Shown here piece by piece: positions 49,030-62,345 of a stretch of 64,000 bases of DNA. A program made the position numbers and the translations under genes. The number at the start of each line of letters is the position of its first letter. Position 1 is the stretch's first letter. Under the pieces are notes generated by a model, which was given only the letters and a program-made list of their open reading frames with translations, had not been told where the DNA came from and did not search any database. This stretch comes from the human T2T-CHM13v2.0 reference genome, Homo sapiens, in NCBI RefSeq assembly GCF_009914755.1, contig NC_060936.1. One strand, written 5' to 3'.

Positions 49030-50118
49030 AAAACTATAAAACCCTGGAAGACAACCTAAGCAATACCATTCAGGACATAGGTATGAGCAAAGATTCCATG
49101 ACAAAGATGCCAAAAACAATTGCAACAAAAGCAAAAATTGACAAATTGCATCTAATTAAACTAAAGAGCTCCTGCACAGCAAAAGAAACTATCAACAGAG
49201 TAAAAAGACAACCTACAAAATGGAAGAAAATTTTTGCAAACTATGCATCCAACAAAGATGTAATATCCAGCATCTATAAGGAACTTACACAAATTTACAA
49301 GAAAAAAACAAACAACCTCATAAAAAAGTGGGCAAAGGACATGAACAGACACATGTATGGAAAAAAGCTCAACATCCTTGATCATTAGAGAAATGCAAAT
49401 ATAAACCACAATGAAATACCATCTCATACCAGTCAAACGGCTACAATTAAGAAGTCAAAAATAACAGATGCTGGTGAGGCTGTGGAGAAAATAGAATACT
49501 TATGCACCATTTGTTGGAGTGTAAATTAGTTTAGCCATTGTAGAAGACAGCGTGGTGATTCCTCAAAGACCAAAAAACAGAAATACCATTTGACACAGCA
49601 ATCCCATTATTGGGTAATGGGAATATAAATCATTCTATTATAAAGACACAAGCATGCATGCATATGTTCATTGCAGCACTATTCACAATAGCAAAGACAT
49701 GGAATCAACCTAAATGTCCATCAATGATAGACTGGATAAAGAAAATGTGGTACATATACACTATGGAATACTATGCAGCCAGAAAAAAACAAGATAATTT
49801 CCTTTGCAGGGACATGGATGGAGCTGGAGGCCATTATTCTTAGCAAACTAACAGGAATAGAAAACCAAATACCACATGTTCTCACTTGGTAAATGATGAG
49901 AACACATGGACACACAGAGGGAAACAACACACACTGGGGCTTTTGCTTTTCAGAGGGTGGAGGGTAGGAGGAGGGAGAGGATCAGGAAAAACAACTAATG
50001 GGTACTAGGATTAATACCAGGGTGATGAAATAATCTGTACAACAAACCTCCGTGACTCAAGTTTACCTGCATAATAAACACGCACTTGTACCCCTGAACT
50101 TAAAATAAAAGTTTAAAA
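49030..50118 (+). mobile_element. L1PA (about PA10-13 type) 3' fragment
   Basis: ORF2 C-terminal homology (IATKAKIDK...[10 protein letters not shown]) and 3'UTR gatcaggaaaaacaactaatgggtactagg. Confidence 0.92.
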
Positions 50119-50510
50119 AATTGGTTTTATTACAAATCTTGATTTTAAAAGTTTTGTGGTTTGCATCAATTTATGGCTCTATCCTCACTGATTCTCAGAC
50201 TCATTCATCCTGACTCATCTATCTTTGCTTCTTTACAAAATAAATGGAAAAATCTGAGAAATAATTAATATATTAACATAAGTATATAGCTATTAGACCT
50301 ATGTGTAAATGTAGACAATCTTTCCATTTATACCTATTTTTAACATTAAAAAGTTCAAAAAGACATAAGAACTTCCTGCAAGAGCTACATGGATCAGAGA
50401 GCAAAAAATATAAAGCACATTTATGGGCACAAGTTACAAAGATGTGAACTTGTGTAATCAATATACCCACTGGTATACTGCAGTGGTATTATTTAACTTA
50501 GATCACTTAC

Positions 50511-50652
50511 GAGTCTGAAACAATGCCTTCTGCTATTTCACAGACATGCACAAACAGGAGAGCGAATGTAAGAATCCATCTCAGGTTATGTCCCGGAAAA
50601 TGAAGCCATGTGTTGTGGTGAATTTGTACTTTTGAGCTTTGGCTCCCCCACC
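50511..50652 (-). CDS. ABCC9: ABCC9 coding exon 2 (c.143-284, TMD0)
   Basis: [47 protein letters not shown]; cag| and |gtaagt; 142 nt, phase 1-2. Confidence 0.98.
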
Positions 50653-51345
50653 CTGGAAAAGAGAGAAAAGTTAAAAACAAAAAGACATAAACCGAAGGCT
50701 CAATTGTAATAAACATAATTTAAATTATGATAAGCTTTAAGGCAGGGGTGGGGGGGTCCTGAAACCTTAACACTTTCTAGAGTAGCAATGGAAATCCTAG
50801 TCTATTTTCATTATTCAAAAGAATTACAATTAACTTTTACAAGACTACTCAGGCTAACACATTAACATTTGTGGCATTACTCAGGAATAATACCAACTCT
50901 GGATGACAACATGGTTCTACCTCATGCTAATCAGAAGCTCTTCCTGACAGCTTTCTGATTAATTCAAAAGGAAATAAGTTGATGATAATAATACATGAAA
51001 TTTGGTGTAGAAAATCTTTGAAGACATGAAATCTACAAGGGGCTAAATCAAGAAAAGACATATTTGGTTACAAAATACAGGACTCATTAGCTGAGTCAAC
51101 TCTTAATCATATGCACATCATATGAGAAAAATTGTTATGTATGACTAGGCAGGCACTATTATTCAACAAGTAGTACTGATACTTTTCTCAAAGAAAGCTA
51201 AATTTCTTGATGATGAGCTTTTAAGCAAGCTCAAAACCATTATAGGTCCACCGTTAGCTTGCCACTGAAGAAAAAAATTCAAGGTTGTATGTTAGTAAAA
51301 TTCTGATCGTTTTCTCCCTAAAGTACTATACAGTTTAGTTACTAC

Positions 51346-51405
51346 GTAGAGTAATACTAGGTCATGTAGAGTAATACTAGGTCATGTAGAGTAATACTAG
51401 GTCAT
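51346..51405. repeat. Perfect tandem repeat, 3 x 20 bp (gtagagtaatactaggtcat)
   Basis: Three identical units at 51346, 51366 and 51386. Confidence 0.97.
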
Positions 51406-53256
51406 ATGTGGTGTGCTAGTAGGCCCCACTTTTGTCTTGTTTTGTTCTTTTTTCTCATTTTTTGACTGTAGAAAAAAAGCCCCACCTACTTCAAGAACAA
51501 ATGGGGGTTTGGGCTTGAAATACTGCAGGAAAGAATTTCTGTATAGGCAGCAGATGCCCCTTTTATTTGAAATGAATATTCATGTCTTAGTTGTTTTCAA
51601 TTTATTCATCATTGGAAGATTAGTTATATTTAATATATTCTACTAGAACTTATGCTGTAAACTCCCATAGGCAAGTTCTATGTCTTTTTTTGCAACCTTA
51701 TGATTTTCCTAGTACCTGATAGTTTTTAAGATTGATTTATGATCCTTCACTAATTCAAGCAGCCAATGTCATAAATGAAAAGTCTGAATTTTTTCTATTT
51801 CCCTTTAACAATGTCCCCTCAAATTCTCTTCTATTCAAATACCCTGGTGCCAGCCTCTTTGCTGGATGCTAGGGATACAAAATGGAATGTCCCTGTTCTT
51901 GCTCTCAAAAAGTTAACCAGATGTCAATAACTGGGGAATTATTAATTGTGGAATTACAGTTAAAAAATCCATTTTTCTACTTTTGGCCAAAGGGCGTTCT
52001 TCATGGCCTACAAATAATACTACATAAACAAAGACTGATGTTTCTACATATGGCCATTCTGGTCTCAATATATTTAGCATCTGTACATTTGTTCAACATA
52101 ACTATGTACCAAGAATTATGTTGGCCTGTGTATATACCATATGATGAGTTCTTTAATCCCCCTTAGAATAATGCCAAGCACATAGTATCCTCTCAATTGA
52201 TATTTGTTAAATGAATAAATAAAAGTGTATGAATGATTTTCAAACATTCCCTTAAAGTAGATCATTAAATTTTGCTAGTTTTCTTAAGAAAATGCATCTG
52301 AAAACTTTTTCACTTATTTAATTGGAAAGATACCATACATGAAAAAATTGAACACAATCAACTCAAAATAGTGGTTGTCTCCTGTGAAAAGATAGGAACG
52401 TAGGATATGGAAAGAGTCACAAGACCAGGAAATGGTGTGCAGAGAGAGGTCCTTTCATTCTTATTTCTATATTCTTTAGATGAGCGTTGGTAGGCTCAAT
52501 GGATATTTATTATATTAATGTCCATCATTTTAGGTATCAAAATACTTCATAATTTTAAAAAAGTTAAAGGGTCTGTTTGGGTAAGTTATACAAATTATTC
52601 ATAATTGCCCCTAATTATCAGATTTTATACATATGTAAACTGTAAAATAATAGACAAAACTGTATTATTAACTTCTTCCCAAATTCTTTGTGAATGTCCT
52701 CTTTCTACATAAAACACAACCTCATCACTCCCACTGTAACTTGCATGCTTGGCATCTTCCAGTTCCCCAGACATGTCACTCACTATCTTCCCCACCACCT
52801 CCAAAGAGTGAGTTGTTTCAGCAGGTTAATTTGTTCCTGTGCTTGTAAATAGGCTTACAATGTGGCATAGTCATTTCTCATGACTTTAACACATCTGCCC
52901 CACTGGACTATTCCCTGAAGGCAAGTACTCTTTTATTCATTTTCCATTCCCTTTACCTAACCCAAAGTAAGTGCTCAACTAATGCTGTAGATCTATCTCA
53001 TATATTTCTCTTTCCTTCTTTTTAAAAAACTGCTGCTGCTACCTGAAGGCCATGCCTAAGCAAGCATGTGACCTCAATTTCACCTACGGAAGATCACCTG
53101 TCAAAAATATATGTTTGAAAAACACAAAATACTTGCTTGTTCATTTCTCACAGCCATCAGCTTCCATGTTACAGAAATTAAGTCAACATTATCCCAAATC
53201 TCAGCCATTAGCGAGATATATAAACATCAAATGGTATAACATAAGATACTAGATTA

Positions 53257-53409
<153 letters not shown>

Positions 53410-56400
53410 TTATATGGTTTACTCTAAAAGGGAGAGAAATGAGAAAGAAAAATCCTCTTATTAGTAAACTCTTGTTCATAAAATTATTAAAGCCTTGAAT
53501 AGAGGGCTATATCATAAAATTAATCCCTTTTACTTTGATAGCTGAGGAAATAAGAAACTCTGTGCCAAAGCAACTTGAAGCTTTCTTATAAAATACGTCC
53601 TATGAGATCTTCTTTTCCATAGCTTTTACTTCCAGAGAAAAATGCTTTCATGTGGAAAATGTATTATAATTAATATCTACCTATAGTAGTACCTCAAATG
53701 AGTGTCTGACTAAAATGCTTTCAAAGAACAAAAATGGTCATATATTAAGAAAAAGGAGAAAAAAAATTGAACCAATGACTAAAAAGTCAAAATGGTATAA
53801 TTTCAAATATTTTCCCATACTCACTGAAAATGTACTAATAAACAACAAAAGTTGTTCAGTAAACTGTGACAGAGTTTGCTGAAACATTTCACTAGTTGTG
53901 GGAAATACTAATATACAGAAACAAGTGTGCCTGCAGTAATGGCTAACAGTAATCAGTCTTTCCCTGAAGAATATTAAAAATCAAATGCTCAAGATGAATT
54001 AAACCTAACTCAAATGACAAGTCAACGAAACTACTCAGATTCCATAGTTAGAATATTCTCACAAGAAATACACTCTACGCAAGTTTGAAACGCAGGATGT
54101 CTTTTAACTGGAAATTGGTACTCCATGAGTAGAAGTAGATGAGTTTAGAGAGGAAACAGAGGACAAGGTCACACTGTGCTTTGTAAGTCATTGTCAGGAT
54201 TGCGGCTTCTACTCTTAGTGAAGTGGGCCACTGGGGATTCCGGGGCAGAGGAGTGATGTGCTCTCACTTACATGTTAAATGGTTCTCTATTATTGCTGTG
54301 CCCAAACAGATGGGAGATGAGCAAAGGTCTGCTCCATGAAAATACTGCTGTGAAATTCCAGGAAAAGCTTTGACATTCTGAAAACTTATTTTATAATGCC
54401 TACTACTTATTTAAGTTCTGGGCACTTTGCATATCTTAAATCCTCAGAACAACCTTGTAATTCATCTTTTACAATGGAGGATACTGAGGTCCAGATAAGT
54501 TCAGTAACTTGCCAACCAGTAAAGCGGTCATGTCCACACCCAAATATCTGACTTATAAACTATTTCTTTCCACCGTATTACACAACCTCCAACCTGCTTT
54601 TTAAAGAAGCTATCGTATCTATTCTTTAAAACAAGTAGCAGTTTAAGATTTTAACCTCACTAGACCTAGTTTCTATATTTATGTCACAATGGATTCTGAG
54701 TTGCATTACAAAAGGCTGGCAAAAATTTTATTAACTAGCATAGTACCTTTTCTTTCTTTCCTTTCATTGATAATTGATTTAGCAATGGTCACAAACAATA
54801 CTTTTCCTAGGAAAAAACAGAGTGTTATACAGAAAAGATTGTCAATGGTAGGTAAATTATTAGAGAAATCAAATTTCAAGCAAAGGTTTTATAAAGCATT
54901 ATATGAATGCCTCAGCTAAAGAGTCTGTGTATTTACAATCTTAGATACTTATACAGAATGCCTCTCACATATTGTTCCTGATAAGCTCTTTTTATAATAA
55001 ATAGTTGATATGCTCTCTAGTTGAGTCTTTCCCTCATCTTTTTTTAAAAAGTTGTATTTTTAAAACCTCAAGGTGAAGTTATACACTGGGTAAATTCTAA
55101 CAAGCTATTAAGGTATTAATCTGGATAAAAGAATAAAAGGGACTTGAAGTTTTTAAAAAACAGCAAAATGGAAGTTATTAATTTATAGGTGTATGTTAGA
55201 TGTATTTCTGGCAAAGACAGACAAAAACAAAACTAAAAACTAATAGCTAGTAATGAATTTTTTAGACTACTTCCTTTATTTAGTAGAAATGATAAAAAGA
55301 AAACTTAAAGCCCACTCTTAATTGAAAGACATATATAAACTTTCCTCGCACAAACTAGAAAATGATTTTTACTTTAGCAACTTTTATAATCTTATCCAAA
55401 ATTATAATATTCCAGTTGGCCACATTTATAAACTAGTATCATTGAGGTAGATGCTAAAATATAACCTGCTGCTTTGCAAATTACACCCTTCATTAGCTAT
55501 AAGCATTGCTTGCCTGGTGTTTAATCAATCCTGAAATCTACCAATTAAATCGCCTTTGGATAAATGTTGTGTGTAACTGGAAAAAAAATCTCAGAGAAGT
55601 ACAATCACCTGAAAAATTTAAGAACATTTTCAGACATACACCAGATATCTGGAATTCTATGCCATTAACTAATGAACTGTAAAAACACTTATTGATGCTA
55701 ACTACGTGCTAGTTACTAGGAATCCAATGGTGCACGTCAGAAACAGTTTCTGTGGTTTTATTTAGACTGTATGAATCAGATTACAGTAGTCTCAGTAGCT
55801 GTGGGTATATTGTAGGGGTATATGATCTAAAAGATAGGAAAATAAGAAATGATGCAATCAAACAAAAGTGTAAACTTCAAGTTGGTACAGTAAACGCTTT
55901 AGAACGATTTTTCTGTCTGCCATAAACTCTAACTTCACATTTCCGGCCGGCTCTGAACCTGTGCATTACCTTACCGCATGTCTCCTTTCACCTTTTCTTT
56001 TGACTCCTCATTTATCCTTTCCCTTTAACCCGTAGTCTCCTTATCCAACATCCAGAGTCCATGTGGCACTCTAACAGCCAGCCTCCATTACAACCCAACA
56101 TGGACAAAAAGAGGGAGGCAGTAAACTTATTGCTGATATATTGATAATTATTGTGTTTATCAAAGGCATTTTATTCAATCCACGTTCCTAATCCTTAAAT
56201 TTCCAATTGTCATTTAATGTTTCCCTCCCAGACACCAGGTTCAATTGGGAATGTTTGGGGAAGGGTATAAATCGCTGTTCTTGCTGGCTAAACTCTGTCA
56301 CCTGACATCCTTCAGCTCCACCCCTTCTGGAGCTGTTTAGATTCAGCTAAGCACTGAGGGAGGCCCAAGCATCAAGGAGAGAGAGAGAAGGGAGAGCAGA

Positions 56401-57440
56401 TGGGGAGATATAATGTTTCCCTTTCCACAAGCATAAGCCATCGAAATATGCTCAGTTGTTTATGAGAGGTGATAGAGTTGGAGAACTTGACTGAATAAAC
56501 TTTAAAAACAAAGATCAAAGTGAAATTTTGCTTCTAACGTATGTCTATGGAGCAGAAAACATAAAATAGAAATACTCCTAATTATCTAACTTACGATTTC
56601 ATGGCAAGAATCGCACCCTCAGTGTTTTTATTCCTCGAAATGCATTACATGAAATTCCACACATCTAGAACATATACATTTTGGATTTAGTTGGTGAATA
56701 TAATACCTGACCTATCCAGTCTGTTGGTTCCTCTGCAAGACACGAGCAGTAGTTATCTGATTTAATTCTAAAAACACATTTAAGTGCTGAGGCATATAAG
56801 GTACACCATTTATTGTGGCCAGCCCTGTCCTTTGGAAATAGACTACAAGTAAAGCAAGTGAAAACTTGTCTTCCTTCCTGTTCACTTAGCAGAAAGCGTT
56901 AGTTCTGATCGAATAGCAATTGCAGAGAGTTTAAAATGCTGGAAACACCTGGAGAAAACATGCTAAATTTAAATAAAAGTTTTCATTCTTACATATAAAA
57001 GGATTCATTCTTTAATCGTTTAGAGATTAACCAAATTCTGTTATGAAAGAGAAGCAGGACATTTTAAAGAACTTAGGGCTTTATCATCATCTAGAGCATT
57101 TTCAGGATGGATGTCACTTGCAAAAACAAATGCTGTAATCACTTCTTTGAAGTTATTCAGTCCCTAGTTCATGAAATAAAAACTAGAAGATGTATAGCTA
57201 GTTAGCTAGCTACCATGGCTATAACTATGACAGATCCAAGTGGGAAAATCACTGGCAAAAATGACCACTGACTTCTGACTTAGTGCCTGATCTGAATCCA
57301 CCCATTTACTCTTCAGTGGCTGTGAAGTACCATCCCACACCAAAAGAAATGTTGAAATTACTCAGTAGGTATTCCTTAGATACTGCAATGGGATTTTAAA
57401 AAAAATCCCAAACTGAACAAATAAAGCAAAAAATAAATAC

Positions 57441-57556
57441 CTTGGGCAATAGCTTCACGCTGCTTCAAACCCCTGCCGGTGCACTTGAGCTACCTTCAAA
57501 ACACCGACTTCCTACACTGTCTTAAGATGTAAATTTCAAACCCGGACGCAGAACTC
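57441..57556 (-). other. ABCC9: ABCC9 non-coding 5'UTR exon (116 nt, c.-136 to c.-21)
   Basis: Polypyrimidine tttttttag acceptor at 57557-57558 and AAG|gtattt donor at 57440; lies between the CpG island and the ATG exon. Confidence 0.8.
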
Positions 57557-57739
57557 CTAAAAAAAAGTAAAGAGTAACAAAAATTAAGCAGATAGAAAAC
57601 TACTTCTTGAACATACAAGAATTGTCTACAAGAAAGGCGGTAATAATAACTCCTAATAATAATAACTCCTTTCACTGTTTCCAGTTGATTTGAGTAGGAG
57701 ACGGCAGTTTTGAAGTAAAACTGGAAACCTGATCCCCAC

Positions 57740-59330
57740 CCCTTCACTTCTCGAGCCGGGCCTCGTCCCTTAATTCTAGAAATAGCGATCGCGAAAGCTA
57801 AGTGCCGAGAAGTGCGAGAGAGTGCGAGGGCGTTTTTGGATAGCAGAAATGTTAGCTCAAAATCGACAACTTACAGTTATTCCTAAAAATGTTTAAATGG
57901 CATTCATGTAAAAGACACGGATTCACTTACTCCGATGACAGTTTTCCTCCCCTAGGCGAAGCACGCAGTGCGCCGGAACGGATTATTTTTAGGGTGGTGG
58001 GAGACCAGCTGCTGCCTCCTATCGAGTTTCTAAATTGCACAGACTGCTCTGGGCCGGGGCAGACACCGCGGCTGAGAAGCAGGAAACTGGGCAGAAGCCC
58101 CGCGCGCCGCGCCTGGGGCCGGAGACCTTCCCCATCCCTGCTCTGCTCAGCTTTGACTTGGGGCGGGCGCGACGCCGCGATTTTACAAACCCAAGTAATA
58201 GGCGTCCCCTTAAACTTCATTAGACACTGAAACTTGGAATATGATTCCATGATTCTCCGGAGTCGGGTTTTCAAACGTCAAAACACTCAAGGTATTCTTG
58301 TTTCTTTGTTTTGTTTTTCCATGCTCTGTAAGCACCCCTTTATTAGCCACGTAAGGAAGCGGATTTGGGGATTTCGCTGTTTCCCCCTGAACGGATCCGG
58401 GAAATGAAGGGCTCATTCTAGGTAGAGGCACCCACTGCTGGGTTATGAGTGCACGAATGTCTCACAGGAGCAAGGCTGGCTCAAGTCTAATTTTCCGCTT
58501 TTCCCCGGCGACCTAGAAAACTTGGTTTCTCTGGTGGACCAGCCGCCGCGCTATCGAAGGGCGACCCTTGCCCACCGTCCCCTAAAGTGAGACGCTGGTT
58601 CCCATGGACTGTGTAAACAGTCACCCTCTTCTCCTGTTTCCAACCAGAGACATAATTAACTCTCGAGATAACGTGTTTATATTAAGATCACCCCACAACC
58701 ACTCCCCCGCAAAACACAAGCCGTGAATTTTGTCCCCGACAACCCTCTTTAATTAACACCGGATTTTCTCAAGAGCCAGTTTTGAGTCAGCTTGAGATAA
58801 GCATTGTTTTCAGGAACTGTCGTATTTTAATAAAGGATGGTCAGCCGGGCGGACTTCTGCCCCTGAGGCTCCGCATGCCGTCCTCAAGGGGCGCCGCTGC
58901 AGGACTGCGGTCTGCTGGCGCTGGTCCCCAGATCTGAACCCTAAACACCGGTGGCCTCGTGGCCTGTGCGATGCAGGCCGACTCCAGCCCTGCCAGTCCC
59001 AGGGGATTTCTCCGCCGGCGCCCCACTCTTGGGAAGGTCGCTGCGCTTCCGGGTGAGTGCCTGACCTGCGTCAGCGGCTGGGACTTGAACCCGCGGCCGC
59101 TAGGAATCTGCGAGGCCATATGGGGCCGAAACCTGGGAGGGTCCGAAGACTCCGTTCCTGTGGCCTTTGAACGCTTGACAACTTTACCCTGGAGCTGTCT
59201 GCAGCGGCGCAGGGAAATAAGAGAGCGTTTCAACAGTGAGGATCCTGGTACTATGGATGCAGCCCAGGGTGGCCGGGTGAGCAAGCTGGACGCGAGGCCA
59301 GAGGCTCTCCAGGGCATCTATGGAGAGAGA
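57740..59330. promoter_or_regulatory. CpG-island promoter of ABCC9 (two GC-rich blocks, about 57740-58620 and 58840-59330)
   Basis: Sharp rise in GC content and undepleted CpG (cgcgcgccgc, gcgacgccgcga) in an AT-rich window; Sp1 GGGCGG at about 58161; ETS CCGGAAG on the minus strand at about 59046-59052. Confidence 0.9.
57931..58155 (-). other. ABCC9: ABCC9 first exon (non-coding); TSS approximate
   Basis: Consensus donor GGA|gtaagt at 57930 inside the CpG island; GC-box at about 58160 and a TATA-like tgtaaaat at about 58181-58188 upstream. Confidence 0.75.
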
Positions 59331-59589
59331 ACTGGAAATAGGGGGTGCCAATAATCCCAAGATGAAAACTCTTGAGTGTGACTACACAAAATGAAGTTTA
59401 CTTGAGGATTATAAAAGAATATTACAATTCATTAAGGTCATTTACAATGTTTAAAAATCATGCTTATTGTAGAAACTTTGGAAGATGTGAAAGTGTACAG
59501 AGGAGATCAAGGAGCCCCCCGTAGATGCACCTGTGCACACACACCCATAAAACTACTGAAAACATTTTTTTTTATGTTTTAACAAACAC

Positions 59590-59735
59590 AGGCGGTATGG
59601 TGCATTGATTAAGAGTGTGGACTAGGAAGGCAGCCTGCTCGATATCACATCCTGCTAGTTAGTTCAGAGACTGAACAAGTCACATAAACCCTCTGTGTAT
59701 CAGCTTCCTCCTCTGTTTAATGGGACAATAAAGAT
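59590..59735 (+). mobile_element. MIR fragment
   Basis: ttaagagtgtggact...aacaagtcacataaaccctctgtgtatcagcttcctcctctgt. Confidence 0.7.
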
Positions 59736-59769
59736 AAATAATTTAAATAAATATAGAATAATTTTTAAA

Positions 59770-62205
59770 ATAATTTAAATGGCTATATACTATTCCATTG
59801 AAAGGCTATACCATAAGATTCATTTTCCCGTTGTTTGACATGTATTTGCCCAATTTTACTAATATCTGTGATCATATGATGACCTTTTTTCATAAACTTT
59901 TTTTCTTTCTAACAAGTAATGTTTTAAGATAAATTATGTGAAAAATAATTACGGGATCAAAAGTGGTAGATATTTTTAAGGCTGTCAACATAGAATGCAA
60001 AATCACCCTTCTATGAAGTTCGTATTAAGTCCCCCAAATTGTATGAGATGAGCTATTACACTTATACTCAAACCAGCATTGGATATTGCTATTTTTTATT
60101 TTAAAAAAATATTTTAACTTGACAGATAATATTCAATTCTGTTATTCACATTCAACATTTCCCCACTATTGATTAATCTTTGTATCCCCTCTTTTGTGGC
60201 AGTTTGTTCACATACTTGTGTACCTCATGGGTCTTAATGAAGTTTACCATTTGTATAAATGTTTCATAAGAGTATACTAATCAAATGTTTAATAAGAGGA
60301 TACTAATCCTGCTTCATATATGACACATTTTTCCCAATTTGTCATATTGTTAAAAAATGATAGTGCTGCTGCCTTTCAAAAAAGTAAGAAAAAAGTTTTC
60401 ATGTGTTCTGTAAAGATTTATTAGAGCACACACTATGTGCTAGACATAGAAGCTAGTGATGAGTCAGATCTCTAGGGTCTATTGCACTTCATTGAACTTT
60501 CTCCTAAGGGAAATTTTACGTAGGCAAATTTGCTGCTTGTTGCCTTTGCAATGTATTAGAACACTTTAGTTAATAAATATTTACCTTCATTTATATTTGT
60601 TTAAAGGCTTTAGTAAAAATTTGATTTTGGAATTTATTTTGGCATACACTATGGGATGAAAATCTGCATTTATACTTTATTTGTTACACCAACACCATTT
60701 ACTGAATAATCTTTTTCTTCTGCATTGTGGTGTAATACCACTTTTGTCATATACACATAATTAGTTCATAATAAGATCTGTTTCCGGGCTACCTATTCTG
60801 TTCAATTGATCTGTTTCAATTTTTTATTATATTGCTATGATTAGACTGATTTGATTATCAGAGATTAAATTATATTGTAACCCTGACAGTGCCAGTCCCC
60901 TTTTCACTCTTTTCAAAATTTTCAAAGCTCCTCTCTTTTGGGGATTTTATTGGAATTTCATTAAAACTAGGAAGTAATTTATAAAGAACATATTTTTAGT
61001 GCTTTGTCTCTTCACCCAGAAATGTAGTTTCCCATTTATTTGTCTTCCTTTTATCCCAGTATTAAATTTATACAGGTCTGTGCATATTTTGTAAAGATTG
61101 ATCATACAAATTTCATATTTTTGTTTTAATATTTTGTACTGCTATTAAGGATGTACTATTTATTTTGTCCAAAAAAAGTATATTTATCTTATATCCAGAC
61201 ACTTTATTAAGACTTCTCAGTAATCCCAGAGCTATTTCACCCTGTTACCTTGACTTTCCAGAAATACGATTTCATCTGCAAATAGTGGTACCCTTCCATT
61301 TTAAAATACTTACAGCTTGTTTGCATTTTATCTCTAATCTTCATTAAATACATTCCAGAAGTGTTAAATAATACAAGAAGATAAACCATTGTTTCTTTCA
61401 GAAATATATACAATATATTTTTAAATCAACATTGTAAGTATAATTTTCATGAAATAAAAAGTATCCATGATACATGTAAAATCCAAAGTCTTTTGAAATA
61501 ACCATGATCCCAAAAAGATACAAAGTATTTCTATCTCCCAAGGAAGTTATCTTGTGCCTTTAACTAGTCAGTCTAACTGTCTCTCACTTAGGGTAACAAG
61601 TGACCTGAAGTCTATCACTGGAGATTAGTTCACAAATGTCATATAAAAGGAGTCATACAGTACATACTCCCTTGTGTCTGGCTTCTTTAGGTAAGCATAA
61701 TATTTTTGAGATTCATCCATGTTGTTGTATATATGAATAGTTTATTCCTTTTATTGCTGAGTAGAATTTCACTGTATGAATATGCAGTTTGTTTATTCGT
61801 TCACCTATCTGTATACGTTTGGGTTATTTCCAGTTTTGGGCAGTGATGAATGAAGTTTCGGTGAACCGTTTTGTAAACATAGGTGTTTTGTTTTTTTTTT
61901 CCTCTTGGGTAAATATTAAGCAGTAGATTTGCTGAGTCATATGGTAACTATACATTTAACTTTACAGAAATTACCAAAATGTTCTTCAAAGTCATTGAAA
62001 CATTTTACATTCCCTCCAGAAAAGTATGGCACTTGCTTCACAATCTTGCCAATATTTAGTATTATCTTGTTCTTTTTCTAAATTTTAGCCCTTATATTGC
62101 ATGTGGACTGGTTCTTGATTGTGGTTTTAATTTGCATCTACCTTATAACGAATGATTTTGAACACATATTTTCATGGTGTTACTGGTCATTTATATATTT
62201 TTTCA
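59770..62205 (-). mobile_element. Old L1M fragments (at least two)
   Basis: caacaccatttactgaataatc; gtgtctggcttcttt...ttttgagattcatccatgttgttg; gtggttttaatttgcat. Confidence 0.75.
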
Positions 62206-62206
62206 T

Positions 62207-62345
62207 GGTAGGCACAACTCTAAGGTGGCTCCCATGACATTTACTCCTGGTGTTACTCCCGTGATTACATTATGTTACAAGACAAAAGGAATTTTGTAGA
62301 TGTAATTAGGGTTACTAACTAGTTGACTTTAAAATAGGCATATTA
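62207..62345 (+). mobile_element. MLT1-type LTR 5' fragment
   Basis: ggtaggcacaactctaaggtggctccc...aaaaggaattttgtagatgtaattaggg. Confidence 0.7.

Noticed and set aside
51346-51405. CRISPR-like array
   Set aside because: Head-to-tail repeats with no spacers, in a eukaryotic intron
57889-59354. 113-158 aa ORFs in the CpG island
   Set aside because: Expected from GC-rich, stop-poor sequence; no recognisable domain
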